The notes under the pieces: generated by a model
The model's input: only the letters and a program-made list of their open reading frames with translations
Database searches by the model: none
What the model was told of the DNA's origin: nothing
Translations under genes and position numbers: made by a program
Assembly: GCA_964016885.1 (NCBI GenBank)
Contig: OZ024762.1
Location: 28,954,001-29,018,000, forward strand
Origin: Eledone cirrhosa
Taxonomy: Eukaryota
Reading direction: 5' to 3'
DNA: 64,000 nt
Shown here: positions 1 to 11,844 of the stretch, in pieces
How the letters are laid out: every line of letters starts with the position of its first letter
Position numbering within the stretch: position 1 is the first letter of the stretch

Positions 1-348
1 GAAGGATCAGAATGGAGAGAGAGGTGCTCTACCCCAGCAAGTTTTATGAAAGGTGGGTGAAAGTAGGGAGAATGGCCAGAGTGAATGGGTCTTCTCTCTA
101 TATCAGCCTGTAGGTGAAAGAAGAGGAAAAAGAGGAGACGAGGGAAGCACCTACTCTTTGTGCTCCTGAGGAGAAGGGTTGCACATTTTTTCCGGGGTAT
201 GTGCGACCCATGTTGATGCCCCCTCCCTATTGAGGACTTCGTTTGTTGTTGTTATTTCATTGTTATATTTTTGTACTCGTTAATTATATGTAAACTTCCC
301 CCCTTGTATCTGTCCCTACCTTTTGTGCCCTAGTGGCAAATAAAGAAA
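1..348 (+). mobile_element. 3' end (ORF2 C-terminus and 3'UTR) of an upstream Tx1-clade LINE copy
   Basis: 1..348 matches 5780..6127 (offset 5779) with about 4 substitutions; ORF2 stop TAG at 111-113; ends in AATAAAGAAA. Confidence 0.93.
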
Positions 349-350
349 CC

Positions 351-487
351 ACTCTATATATACTATTGTATTTTCACAGTAAAGGCTTTACCTCACATAA
401 TATCTCACATAACATTTACATTACTCTATATATACTATTGTATTTTCACAGTAAAGGCTTTACCTCACATAATATCTCACATAACAT
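351..487. repeat. ~1.9 copies of a 72-bp unit between the two LINEs (internal repeat of a TTAA MITE)
   Basis: ACTCTATATATACTATTGTATTTTCACAG... starts at 351 and 423; same unit at 6130 and 6202; reverse complement resembles the 73-bp unit at 8880-9965. Confidence 0.9.
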
Positions 488-695
488 CTCGTATACGAGA
501 GACGTGTGTTGACGTGTGTGAACAAGCTCGGCTACCGAGTTGGATTTACTTACTCAAAAATGAGTTTTGATTAATTTTTTATACTGTAATATACGTTAAC
601 CCCTTGCCTTGGTCGTCAAACTTTGAGTTTATTTATTTTCGCCCCTTTTTGGGGCGAATTTTCCAGTTAAAAATTATTACGGCAAACTAATAGAA

Positions 696-2438
696 ATGGA
701 TGGAATTTTCACATCTCATCCTAACGAGAAAGCCACGGCCCCTAAGAAAGGTGATACAGAGAAGCTAGAAGCACAAGACTCTAAGTCTTTCCTCCTCACT
801 TCTGCAAAAGAAACATGGAACACGGAATTAAAAGAAAAAATTGTAAAGATGGGTGAAAACCCAGAAAGTCACATAAACGCAGACAAAAACAACAATGACA
901 ATAACAGCAATAGTCACAACACCAACCAAGGAAAAAATAACGATAACACCAAACAAAGCGAACCCACTACTGGTGCCTCCTTTGCACAGGCGGTCCGGAA
1001 AACATAGACCTGCAAGCAACTGGACATTACAACTCTGAGAGAAAAGATGAAGGAAGCGAAACAGTATGTAACTTTCAAAGAAGGAGGAGACTTCACAATC
1101 ACCTCCCCACAAGAAATCAAAAGAGACACGACGCTAAGAACGATATCCTTCAGAACAATTTCCAACATAACAAGGAAACCAACTCAATTATCCCAAAAAG
1201 AGATTGAGCTGGTCCTAAAAAATGTGTGGAGTGATATAGCGTTCATACAAAAAGGGCCACTCTATGGGAATATAACGGTCCTAATGAAGGATCAATTGAC
1301 GGCCAGGAAATACTCTGTGGCGCCAATTGTTTCCAAGCTACATACATTTTTCCCCACATATTTAGGGAAAAGAACGCAGAAGATAAGGGTCTCCGGAATC
1401 CGGCCAAATGCATGCATTTCCTGGGTACTAACAGGATTTTTAGAAGACGAGGACGGAATCCTTTCAGTAGGAGAAGTCACCACAGACGTTTTTGGCGGTT
1501 TGAGCGTGGAGGTTCTGGGCCAAATGAGACCAGAACGAATAGCTAGAATACCACAGAGGGTGTCCCTCGATGGAGAAACATTTATATATATTTCAGCCGA
1601 GGGTAGGAGGCCCATATGTTACTACTGTTCAAGCAGGGGTCATCTAAGGGCTGCTTGTCCTCAATTGACAAAAAAAAAGGCTCTTTTGCCTACACCCCAC
1701 ACACCACCACCGCCACCACCACCACCACCACCTCCACCACCACCACCACCACAACAACAACAAAAACAACACGGAAAAATAACACAAGACACGGCCCCAC
1801 CCAAAACAACTCCCAAAACACACACAAATACAACAAAACCCCAAAATACACCACTACCCGACAGCACGGACGAGGACCCAGCGGAAATGGCACCTAGTGA
1901 CGAAGAGGGGGAACCCTTCCAGCCTGTAAAAAGGAAAAAAAGAAAGCACCACTCGAACATAAACGAAACAAACACACAACCACCAACAAAAACAAAACAA
2001 ACAGAACAAACAAAATCCGCCCCGACCCAAAACATAACACATACAACAAAACGTAAACACACACAAGAACAACAAACAAACACAACACAAATAAAACAGT
2101 ATACATACATTAACACAAATAACAAAGAACTCGTAAAAACAATACACAAAGACCCTTTGGTGGAAACTGAAGGGCAATTCTTTGCAAGCGCGGCCAACAA
2201 ACCGCATTTAAAAATGATAAGACTCCCAATGGACACCTATGCTAAACTAAGAGAGAACTTTCCTGAGGACGTGGGGAAAACATGTACTCGACCCTATAAC
2301 CGCGTCCTCTTGAAACGTTTCCCCACCCACACCTCACCAAACACCCCCACTCCACCACAGAACAACACCCCACCAAACAACCCCTCCAATACGCCCATGG
2401 ATATTGTGCAACCTGCTCCTCAGGAGCCGAACAGGTAG
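696..2438 (+). pseudogene. LINE ORF1 (gag-like, zinc knuckle) with one in-frame stop
   Basis: ORFs 696..1007 and 1047..2438 are in the same frame, split by TAG at 1005-1007; SFAQAV N-terminal motif; CYYCSSRGHLRAAC = CX2CX4HX4C; Pro/Thr/Lys-rich tail. Confidence 0.85.
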
Positions 2439-2459
2439 GTCCTTCCTCTTTTAACCAAC

Positions 2460-5400
2460 ATGGCTGATATAAGAGTTGGGTGTCTGAATGTACGTGGCCT
2501 GGGACTGTCTTGGAAACAAGGCAAATTTTTAAAAGATCTGGTCGCATAGAATGGATGTAATGGCTATTTGCGAGTCCAGGATCAGCAGCGAGCACCAACT
2601 GGCGCCCCTCTTCGACGACTTTGAGATCTTCGCATCTCTCTGTCAACTGGGGGGTGGGGGTGGAGTTGTCGTTCTGCTGCGAAAACACCTGGGCCTCGCC
2701 ATACAGAAGGTGCACCTGGACCCGGAGGGTCGACTGGTGGTTTTAGACGTCGGCAGTAGTGAAAGTGGAGCCCTTAGACTAATAGCTGTGTACGCCCCTT
2801 TTTGGGCAGCGCGGCCGGAATACTTCCAACGTCTGGAAACTTTTCTGGGAACGTCCCGCTCCTTGCTTTTAGTGGGGGACTGGAATGGTATCCTGGATGC
2901 ACGTTGGGACTATGTAGGGGCATGTGCCAATAGAGGGGGGTGTAAAAGCCTCAAAAGGTTAATCGGCCGATTTGACCTGGCCGATAGATATCGACTAGAT
3001 TTTCCGACTGTACCACTATGGACGTGGACCAATCGCAGTGGAACATCTAGGTCGTACCTAGATAGGGTCCTAGTTAGAGAGAACGATAGGGACACATTTA
3101 GCTGTCCAAAAATGTTCATGGTTGACTATTCGGATCACAAGTTAGTGACCTGCATAGCCAACCTTGATAGAACCCATAGACAGGGACCCGGTTACTGGAA
3201 GCTGAACTTGTCCTTACCGAGAAGCAAAGCTTACAGTAAACGGATTAGCACGTTAGTTAAGCAGAGTTTGACAGGGGCAATTGTCAACAACAGGTGGTGG
3301 AGCTCTCTTAAGAGAGCAATTAGAATAGAATCGATAGGTTTTAGTCAGGAATTAGCAAGGGATAGGAACAAGACGGAAAGAGAATTAGTAGATAGAGTAG
3401 AAGAGGCGATTAGGAGTGGCAATGTAGCCGGCGTGCTGGCATCAAGAATGGTCTTAGACCAGTTCTTTGAGGTGAAGCATGAAGGCTGCGTTGTCAGGAG
3501 TAAAATACGTGCTCTGGGTAATGAGTGAGCCAAAGCTGTGAGCTGGGCCCGAGTGACAGAGGCAAAAAGTGGGAACAAGTCCACGATTCGGTCTTTGAAG
3601 GACCAGGATGGGCGTGTGATCCTTGAACCTGGGCAGATGTGTGGGGCCTTTCAGCGGCACTTTGCACGACTGTTCGAGAGGGGCGGCGCGCCGGGTGAGA
3701 CTATGGATTTCAATCCATACCTCGACGGTCTGCCGCGCCTCTCGGACGCGGAGGCGTAGTCCTGCGAAAGGACGATTTCAGCTGCTGAGATAGGGGCGGC
3801 GCTGAGCCAATGCGGCAAACGCAAATCCCCGGGTCTCAATGGTCTACCATACGAGCTATATGTAGCGATGCCGGACTTGTTCTCCGATATCCTCGAAGCG
3901 GTCTACTGCAACTGGCAGCAGAACGGGAGAATTCCCAGTTCTGTGACCAAGGGCGTAGTTACGCTGGTGAGGAAGGATGAGAACAAGGGGGATGACATAA
4001 GTAACTTCAGGCCCATAACTCTGCTAAATACAGAGTTAAAGATTTTGGCCAAGGTGTTAGCGAAGAGGTTGGCGCTTGTCGTTGGAAACCTGGTGGGAGA
4101 AGCGCAGACATGCGCAATCCCGTCCAGGTCCATTCACGACAATCTCCACCTTATGCGATACATCATAGAGAGGGTAGGGAATGAACCCGGCTTTGGTGGG
4201 GCCCTGATCAACTTGGATCAATCTAAAGCTTTCGATAGGGTTGACCATCGTTACCTGGATGCAGTGCTCGCGGCGGCAGGCTTCGGACCCGTTTTCAGGG
4301 GTTGGATTGCTGCGATGCACAGCAGCAACGTCTGTTCAAGGGTCAAGGTGAACGGCCACCTCTCGGAGCCGTTCCAAATCATGCAATCCATCCAACAGGG
4401 ATGCCCTCTCTCCTCCCTACTGTATGTGCTGGCTCTTGAGCCACTACTGCGGAAGTTGGAGCGGTTGCAGGGCATCCCTTTGGAACCGGGATTGCAGAAA
4501 GCGGCGTCGGCCTACGCCGATGTGACAGTAATGATGTCGAAAACCTCGCAAATCGGTGAGATCGGCACCTTACTGGAGGAATATGAAAGGTTTACAGGAG
4601 CCAAGCTGAACCGGGACAAGTCCGTCGGTTTGCAACTCGGAACATGGAGAGGCAAACCGATGCCCTCCAACGACGTCGTCGGACGCTGGACGGAGGGCCC
4701 GGTGGAGCTGCTTGGGGTCTGGTTCGGACCAGACCTCCAGGTGGAGAAAAACTGGAACGAGGTAACGGCCAGGGTGTTTGCACTCACCCAGAAGTGGGCC
4801 CAGTGCAAACTATCCCTGAAAGGTCGAGCGGAGGTGGCGAATACTTATATAGCATCCGTCATCTACTACCGCTTGACCGTCGTGCCTTGCCCAGTGAAAA
4901 GACTCGCCAAAATGGAGTGCGCGCTGTTCCAATTTCTTTGGAACAAGCGGACCCCTTTGGTGAGGAGATCCATCTGCTGTCAACACCCTTCGAAAGGAGG
5001 GCTGGGGATATCATGGCTAAAGATGCGTAAACACGCATTAAGGCTACGGCACCTCCAGGTATTCCTCACCGGTCAACCGGTGTGGGCCCCGTTTGTGAGG
5101 CGAGCCTTTCCCAGACTCGTCTCGCTCACCGAGCTGCAATCCTGGGTCAAGCAAAGACCGAGAAAAGTGGGCGACTGGCACATTGAATGTGCCCAGGCGC
5201 TCACGGCCCTCTGGAAAGCGGACCCGGCAATCAGTGGAGACTCCACCTCGACATTCTATAGAGGGTTGGTACGCAGCAGGTGCGATGATGCTCTCGGAGA
5301 AGCTCTAGGCATGGAGGAAGATGAACTGGCCAGTCTGTTCGGTAGGACGTTTGGCCCTGGACCGATGGACAACTTCCAAAAGTCCCTGGCTTGGCAGTGC

Positions 5401-5892
5401 TACCGAGGGGCTCTACCCGTTCGAGACAAGCTCCACAGGCATGGGAGCCTGGGTAGAGATCCTTTGAATAAGATCTGTCCGAGATGCGTGCATGATGACG
5501 AAACCGTTGTGCACGCATTCGTACACTGCCCAGGCATTGCTGACCTGTGGGGCTATGTGGAACGACTACTGTCGAAGGTGGGACCAATCCGGTTGACCAC
5601 CGAGTCCATTGTCGCGATCAAACCGCCTCCCCCTTTCAAAAACGAAGGAGAGGCGGTTTTTCTCTGTGATATAGCCATGGCTAAAGAAGTTGTATGGTGG
5701 ACGAGGCTGAAAGGGCTGAGGTCAGACACCTTTCTCTCCGGCCAACAACTGGTCCCCTTTTTCAAATACCATTTTAAAAGAAGGATCAGAATGGAGAGAG
5801 AGGTGCTCTACCCCAGCAAGTTTTATGAAAGGTGGGTGAAAGTAGGGAGAATGGCCAGAGTGAATGGGTCTTCTCTCTATATCAGCCTGTAG
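2460..5892 (+). pseudogene. LINE ORF2 (AP endonuclease, reverse transcriptase, zinc-binding domain), disrupted
   Basis: MADIRVGCLNVRGL start at 2460, frameshift near 2550; APE motifs VYAP, GDWN, SYLDRV, SDH; in-frame stops at 3526-3528 and 3757-3759; KSPGLNGLPYELY, FRPITLLN, LDQSKAFDRV, QGCPLS; YADV in place of YADD; CPRC...H...HC. Confidence 0.92.
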
Positions 5893-6129
5893 GTGAAAGA
5901 AGAGGAAAAAGAGGAGACGAGGGAAGCACCTACTCTTTGTGCTCCTGAGGAGAAGGGTTGCACATTTTTTCCAGGGTGTGTGCGACCCATGTTAATGCCC
6001 CCTCCCTATTGAGGACTTCGTTTGTTGTTGTTATTTCATTGTTATATTTTTGTACTTGTTAATTATATGTAAACTTCCCCCCTTGTATCTGTCCCTACCT
6101 TTTGTGCCCTAGTGGCAAATAAAGAAACC

Positions 6130-6636
6130 ACTCTATATATACTATTGTATTTTCACAGTAAAGGCTTTACCTCACATAATATCTCACATAACATTTACAT
6201 TACTCTATATATACTATTGTATTTTCACAGTAAAGGCTTTACCTCATAATTATATCACATAAGGGTTTTTTATATAGGCACAGGTCAGCAATTTTGGGGT
6301 AGGGGAACGTCGATTAAATCGACCCCAGTGAGTGACTGGTACTTTATTTTATCAACCCCATAAGGATGAAAGGCAAAGTTAACCTCGGCGGGATTGAACT
6401 AAAATCATAAAGGGCCGTAACTCTATGCGGCAAAGCCTGGCGTCCGACCCTCTACCGATACTGCCAATCCACCGCCCTCATAATTATCTCACATAATATC
6501 GAATCTATGAGATTTTGATGTTATTTATTTTGAGAACAATACCTTAATATAAGTATGAGTGTCCAGTTACAGCCAGTTTGAATAGAAAGAGTTGAGAAAA
6601 TGCTGGCCGAATACAACCGGTTTAAATGCTAAAGGG
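6130..6636 (-). mobile_element. Remainder of the host TTAA (piggyBac-like) MITE that carries the LINEs
   Basis: Two 72-bp units, then (after a SINE) sequence collinear with 60810-61021, ending TAAATGCTAAAGGG followed by TTAA (6637-6640). Confidence 0.75.
6263..6475 (-). mobile_element. tRNA-headed SINE (family A) with ~21-bp target-site duplication
   Basis: Reverse complement of GGCGGTGGATTGGCAGTATCGG...GCCTTTCATCCTTA...GATAAAATAAAGTACCAG; flanked by CCTCATAATTAT(A/C)TCACATAA on both sides. Confidence 0.8.
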
Positions 6637-6871
6637 TTAATTCTAAATTTGGCACAATTTTTTATGATGAATTTTTTACGAGTAAGAGGCCTCATAACAT
6701 AACTAGCACAGGGCTTCATGTGCCCTAAATCTTGCACTGGTCCAAGCCCATGTTTGCCAATCACTTTTTGACTAAACTTTACCCAAACCTCCCTCCTCCT
6801 CACCACCATCACCACCACCACCACCACCAAATACCATTGCTATTTGTTTTTTGTTTTAACTTTCTTACCAG

Positions 6872-7072
6872 GTTTTTCTGCAGCACAAAATAAATTCTCA
6901 ATAATAGTGTTGGTATCAAATGACAAAAAACACAGAATATGTAAGAAGATTTCCAATCTAGAGAAGACAAAAGTTATTGATGTGCAATGTTCTAGTCCTG
7001 TTAAGGGCAACAAAATCACAATAATTCTGCTGTCAGGACCTAGCCTTAGCATGTGTGAAGTGGAGGTCTTTC
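6872..7072 (+). CDS. Exon: C-terminal part of an F-type lectin / galactose-binding-like domain
   Basis: Polypyrimidine tract + ACCAG acceptor (alternative CTGCAG gives start 6884); encodes ...ICKKISNLEKTKVIDVQCSSPVKGNKITIILLSGPSLSMCEVEVF; donor C|GTAAGT, phase 1. L/MCEVEVF is the typical ending of this fold. Confidence 0.8.
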
Positions 7073-7689
7073 GTAAGTATATAGATACCTTTATACCTTT
7101 AACATAAATCAGGATAGAACCAGTTTAAAACTAGTTAGATCATTACTGAACAGAGTATTTGATACATGGGTTAGTAAGGGTAAAAGGTAAAGAGATCCTT
7201 CGGTCACGAATGTCCATTGAATTTGAGTCTAGAAAGTTCCCCTCCAAGGCACAAGTCTAGGCAAGGTTGTTTTGTAGAAGACCAGCAGTAGCCCATGCAT
7301 AACAGCCTCCCCTCTCTATGCCACTGATATTGTCCAAGGGAAAGGCAATGGCCGATACAGCTTGGCACCAGTGACATCGCAACCTATTTCCACAGCTGAG
7401 TGAACTGGAGCAACGTGAAATAAAGTGTCTTGCTCAAGAACACAACACAAAGCCCGCGGTAGTAGAGCATGGCTATTTTATAAAGAGCAAGAGCTCAGCC
7501 AGCATGTCCTTTCTCTTTATAATATACCTTTAACATATATACATATATATTAGGGTGTTTCATATTTATAGGGAAACAGGTTTTAGTTGAAATCATCTCA
7601 TGTCGATTATGCTCTGAATTCATTTGACATAAAAACTACAAAAACACAAACACGAGGAGATACAAAAATATTTAGGAGTTGCACAGTTT

Positions 7690-7940
7690 GGTGCATTGCC
7701 TAGTGGTAAGGGTGTTGGACTTAGAATCATAATGTCATGGGTTCGATTCCTGAGCTGGGTTAGATGTTGTGTTCTTGAGCAAAACACTTCACTTCACATT
7801 GCTCCAGTATACTCAGCTGAAAATGAGTACCAGTAATAGCTGGAGGTTTAACCCTGTGATGGACTGGTGTCCTGTCCAGGGGGGAATCTTGTACTCCCAG
7901 TCGCTTCACGCCATGAAACAGAGATAAGCACCAGCCTAAC
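7690..7940 (+). mobile_element. tRNA-headed SINE (family B, CORE-like centre)
   Basis: A-box-like TGCCTAGTGG, B-box GGTTCGATTCC, then TGTTGTGTTCTTGAGCAAAACACTT...TTGCTCCAGT...ACTCAGCTG; related copies near 7380-7450 and 8110-8285 on the - strand. Confidence 0.7.
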
Positions 7941-8745
7941 GAAAAATATATTGTATTATATAGCTGAAAATGAGTACCAGTAATAGCTGGAGGTTTAACA
8001 CTGTGATGGACTGGTGTCCTGTCCAGCGAGGTTGTTGTTGTTACAGCTCACACATATGCAGGTTTAGCTGGCCTCCTCCAAGGTATATCTCGTTGGAGGT
8101 GTCTAGGGTAATTTAATGATAGGGACCCCAGTCCTATCATTTCATTTCTACAGCTGATTAAACTGGAGCAATGTGAAATAAAGTGTCTTGCTCAAGGAAA
8201 CAACACATCACCTGGTCCGAGAATTGAACTCACAACCTTTCGATTGCAAGCCAATGCTCTAACCACTAAGCCATGTGCCTTCACAGCAAGGTGTCTTGTA
8301 CTTCAAGTTGCTTCATGCCATGAAACCGAGATAAGCATTGGCCTAACAAGCCTTCTGGTTTAAGACAGACTTTTTTAGACAGTGTGATGCTTTTCCAATG
8401 CCATGCCAAAAAAAAAAAAAAATGAATAAGATTTTACTTGTTGATTATAACCAGTTTGAATTTTTGTGCATTTTCATCCATTTTCATCTATGTTCTTGCA
8501 GGAGACAATTCTAAATGAAAAAGAAATGAACCGTAAACTTAAAGTGGAATAAGGGCAGTTTCAGGTGGTTTGGAATGTAACTTAACAAAGGTTCTTACAT
8601 GAAATTAGATGGAAGATTTTTAGATAATATAAAGGCTTTGGAATAAACAATTTTGTAGCATAGAACCTGGGGCAGTTCAGGTGGTTTGGAATATAACTTA
8701 ACAAAGGTTCTTAAATGAAATTATAATGGAATGTAAACAGTTTAA

Positions 8746-9972
8746 CCCTTTAGCATTTAAACTGGCCATATCCGGCCAGAATTCTCTAACCTCTGTTCAA
8801 ATCAGCTGCAACTGGCCACTCATACTGATGTTAAGGTTTTCTTCTCAAAATAAATAATATTAAAATCTTGTAGATTCAATATTATGTGAGATAATTATGT
8901 GAGGTAAAGCATTTACCATGAAAATACAATAGTAAATACAGGGTAATGTAAATGTTATGTGAGATAATTATGTGAGGTAAAGCCTTTACCATGAAAATAC
9001 AATAGTAAATACAGAGTAATGTAAATGTTATGTGAGATAATTATGTGAGGTAAAGCCTTTACCATGAAAATACAATAGTAAATACAGAGTAATGTAAATG
9101 TTATGTGAGATAATTATGTGAGGTAAAGCCTTTACCATGAAAATACAATAGTAAATACAGAGTAATGTAAATGTTATGTGAGATAATTATGTGAGGTAAA
9201 GCCTTTACCATGAAAATACAATAGTAAATACAGGGTAATGTAAATAATTATGTGAGGTAAAGCCTTTACCATGAAAATACAATAGTAAATACAGAGTAAT
9301 GTAAATGCTATGTGAGATAATTGTGTGAGGTAAAGCCTTTACCATGAAAATACAATAGTAAATACAGAGTAATGTAAATGCTATGTGAGATAATTATGTG
9401 AGGTAAAGCCTTTACCATGAAAATACAATAGTAAATACAGGGTAATGTAAATGTTATGTGAGATAATTATGTGAGGTAAAGCCTTTACCATGAAAATACA
9501 ATAGTAAATACAGGGTAATGTAAATGTTATGTGAGATAATTATGTGAGGTAAAGCCTTTACCATGAAAATACAATAGTAAATACAGGGTAATGTAAATGT
9601 TATGTGAGATAATTATGTGAGGTAAAGCCTTTACCATGAAAATACAATAGTAAATACAGGGTAATGTAAATGTTATGTGAGATAATTATGTGAGGTAAAG
9701 CCTTTACCATGAAAATACAATAGTAAATACAGAGTAATGTAAATGCTATGTGAGATAATTATGTGAGGTAAAGCCTTTACCATGAAAATACAATAGTAAA
9801 TACAGGGTAATGTAAATGTTATGTGAGATAATTATGTGAGGTAAAGCCTTTACCATGAAAATACAATAGTAAATACAGGGTAATGTAAATGTTATGTGAG
9901 ATAATTATGTGAGGTAAAGCCTTTACCATGAAAATACAATAGTAAATACAGGGTAATGTAAATGCTAAAGGG
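8746..9972 (+). mobile_element. TTAA (piggyBac-like) MITE with expanded internal tandem repeat
   Basis: TTAA|CCCTTTAGCATTTA ... TAAATGCTAAAGGG|TTAA: perfect 14-bp terminal inverted repeats and TTAA duplication. Confidence 0.85.
8880..9965. repeat. 73-bp minisatellite, ~15 copies, inside the MITE
   Basis: GTAATGTAAATGTTATGTGAGATAATTATGTGAGGTAAAGCCTTTACCATGAAAATACAATAGTAAATACAG(A/G) recurs at 8943, 9016 and onward. Confidence 0.95.
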
Positions 9973-10009
9973 TTAAAATAAACAGCATTGTCAAAGTGCA
10001 GATTGAAAT

Positions 10010-10390
10010 AATTGTTTCTACTGTTGGCACAAGGCCAGCAATTTGAAGGGAAGGGGGAAAGTCGATTTAAATGACCCCAGTGTGTGACTGGTACTTTATT
10101 TTATCGACCCCGTAAGGATGAAAGGCCAAGCTAACTTTGGCGGGTTTTGAACTCAGAATGGAAAGGGTCGTAACTCAATACCGCAAAGCATGGTGTTCGA
10201 CACTCTCACGATACTGCCAATCCACCGCCCTTGATTAAAATAATGGTTCCTTATATAGGCACAAGACCCCGTAAGGATGAAAAGCAAAGTTAACCTCGGC
10301 GGGATTTGAACTCAGATCATAAAGGGCCATAACTTTATGCCGCAAAGCATGGTGTTCGATGCTCCACCGATTCTGCCAATCCACTGCCCT
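10010..10390 (-). mobile_element. Two adjacent family-A SINEs (second internally deleted)
   Basis: Both match 6263-6475 and end ...CTGCCAATCCACCGCCC / ...CCACTGCCC. Confidence 0.75.
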
Positions 10391-10427
10391 AGATTGAAAT
10401 AATGACTAAGATTGTTTGTCTTTCTAG

Positions 10428-10562
10428 AATGTCTCCCTGGATTCTATGGAAGAAATTGTAAAGAAGAGTGCAACAACTGCAGAAAGACATGTGATCAATT
10501 GACTGGCAAATGTGTGACTGGATGTAAAGATGGATATATTGATGTGAATAACACTTGTAAAG
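10428..10562 (+). CDS. EGF-like exon 1 (135 bp)
   Basis: TTTCTAG| ... |GTGAGT; CLPGFYGRNCKEECNNCRKTCDQLTGKCVTGCKDGYIDVNNTCK. Confidence 0.92.
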
Positions 10563-11230
10563 GTGAGTGGTGGTGGGGGTGGAGTGTAGGTGGTTGTCAT
10601 GGTTATAGTGGGAGTGGAGTGTTGGTGGCTGTTGTGGTTATAGTGGGAGTGGAGTGGAGGTGGTGGTGGAGTGGAGGTGGCTGTCATGGTTATAGTGGGA
10701 GTGGAGTGTAGGTGGTGCTGGAGTGGAGGTGTTGGTGGTGCTGGAGTGTAGGTAGTTGTGATGGTGGTGGAGTGTAGGTGGCTGTTGTGGTTTTAGTGGG
10801 AGTGGGGTGTAGGAGGTGGTGGTGACGGTGGTGGTGGAGTGTAGGTAGTTGTGGTGGTGAGGATGGTGTTGGTGGAGTGTAGGTGGCTGTCGTGGTTATA
10901 GTGGGAGGGGAGTGTAGGTGGTGGTGGAGTGGAGGTGTTGGTGGTGGAGTGTAGGTAGTTGTGCTGGTGGTGGTGAGGATGGTGTTGGTGGAGTGTAGGT
11001 GGCTGTCGTGGTTTTAGTGGGAGTGGAGTGTAGGTGGTGGTGGAGTGGAGGTGTTGGTGGTGGTGAGGATGATGTTGGTGGTGGTGATGGTGTTGGTGGA
11101 GTGTAGGTGGTGATGGTGGTGGTGGAGTGGAGGTAGTTGTGGTGGTGGTGGTGAGGAGGATGCTGTTTTGTTGTTGTTGGTGTGGTGGTGGTGGTGGTGC
11201 TGCTGCTGCTGGTGATAGTGGTGGTGGTAT
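10563..11230. repeat. Complex (GGT)/(GGAGT)-rich low-complexity tract
   Basis: Degenerate GGTGGTGGAGTGTA units directly after the donor; related tract at ~17290-17580. Confidence 0.85.
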
Positions 11231-11311
11231 TGCATATTGTAGTAGGTATTGTTGATGTTGTTTAGCCCCAGGTAAGCCAACATCCAACAGACCTGCCAAG
11301 AGTGGTCTCAG

Positions 11312-11530
11312 ATGGTGCTTGGAACATAACTTAACAAAGGTTGTTAGTATTGTAAGAACAAGGTCCACATCTGGCAGTTTGGTATCAAAAGGGTTAAGAT
11401 GGTATTTGGAACATAACTTAACAAAGGTTGTTAGTATTGTTAGAACAAGGTCCACATCTGGCAGTTTGGTATCGAAACGGTTAAGATGGTATTTGGAACA
11501 TAACTTAACAAAGGTCCTTAGTATTGTAAG
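11312..11530. repeat. 87-bp tandem repeat, ~2.5 copies (again at ~17665-17883)
   Basis: GGAACATAACTTAACAAAGGTTGTTAGTATTGT...GGTATCAAAAGGGTTAAGATGGTATTT at 11321, 11408, 11495. Confidence 0.85.
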
Positions 11531-11642
11531 GGTTGATTAATCCTATTAATCCTTTGTATTCTTACTCAGTTGAACCTCATTTTTTTCACAAATGTTTAAT
11601 GAGATAAAAGAGCAGAGGTTTTCTCATGATCTTTCATTGTAG

Positions 11643-11780
11643 AATGTCCAGAGGGGAAATTTGGACCAAACTGTGGCAACACATGCCCCTGTGCTGACAA
11701 CAGCAGGTGTAACAAACAGACAGGTGTGTGTTCAAGTGGGGGATGTGCTGCTGGTTATGAAGGTAGCAATTGTCAGACAG
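11643..11780 (+). CDS. EGF-like exon 2 (138 bp)
   Basis: CATTGTAG| ... CAG|GTAAGT; CPEGKFGPNCGNTCPCADNSRCNKQTGVCSSGGCAAGYEGSNCQT. Confidence 0.93.
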
Positions 11781-11844
11781 GTAAGTGGTGTAGTATAGCT
11801 TTTTTTGTAACATAATATATTGTGTCCAGACAATAGTAGGTGCT

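Larger units (their letters stand above)
488..6127 (+). mobile_element. Full-length Tx1/L1-clade non-LTR retrotransposon (~5.6 kb), inactivated copy
   Basis: 5'UTR, ORF1 with CCHC knuckle, ORF2 with APE endonuclease, RT and C-terminal zinc-binding motif, 3'UTR with AATAAA and short A-rich end; GC-richer than flanks. Confidence 0.93.

Noticed and set aside
1005-1007. Programmed stop-codon readthrough in ORF1
   Set aside because: No recognisable readthrough context, and the same copy has several other lesions; a plain nonsense mutation is more likely.
1-6262. LTR retrotransposon suggested by long direct repeats at both ends
   Set aside because: The repeat includes the ORF2 C-terminus, the enzyme is APE-RT type, and no protease or integrase is present; it is a tandem LINE pair.
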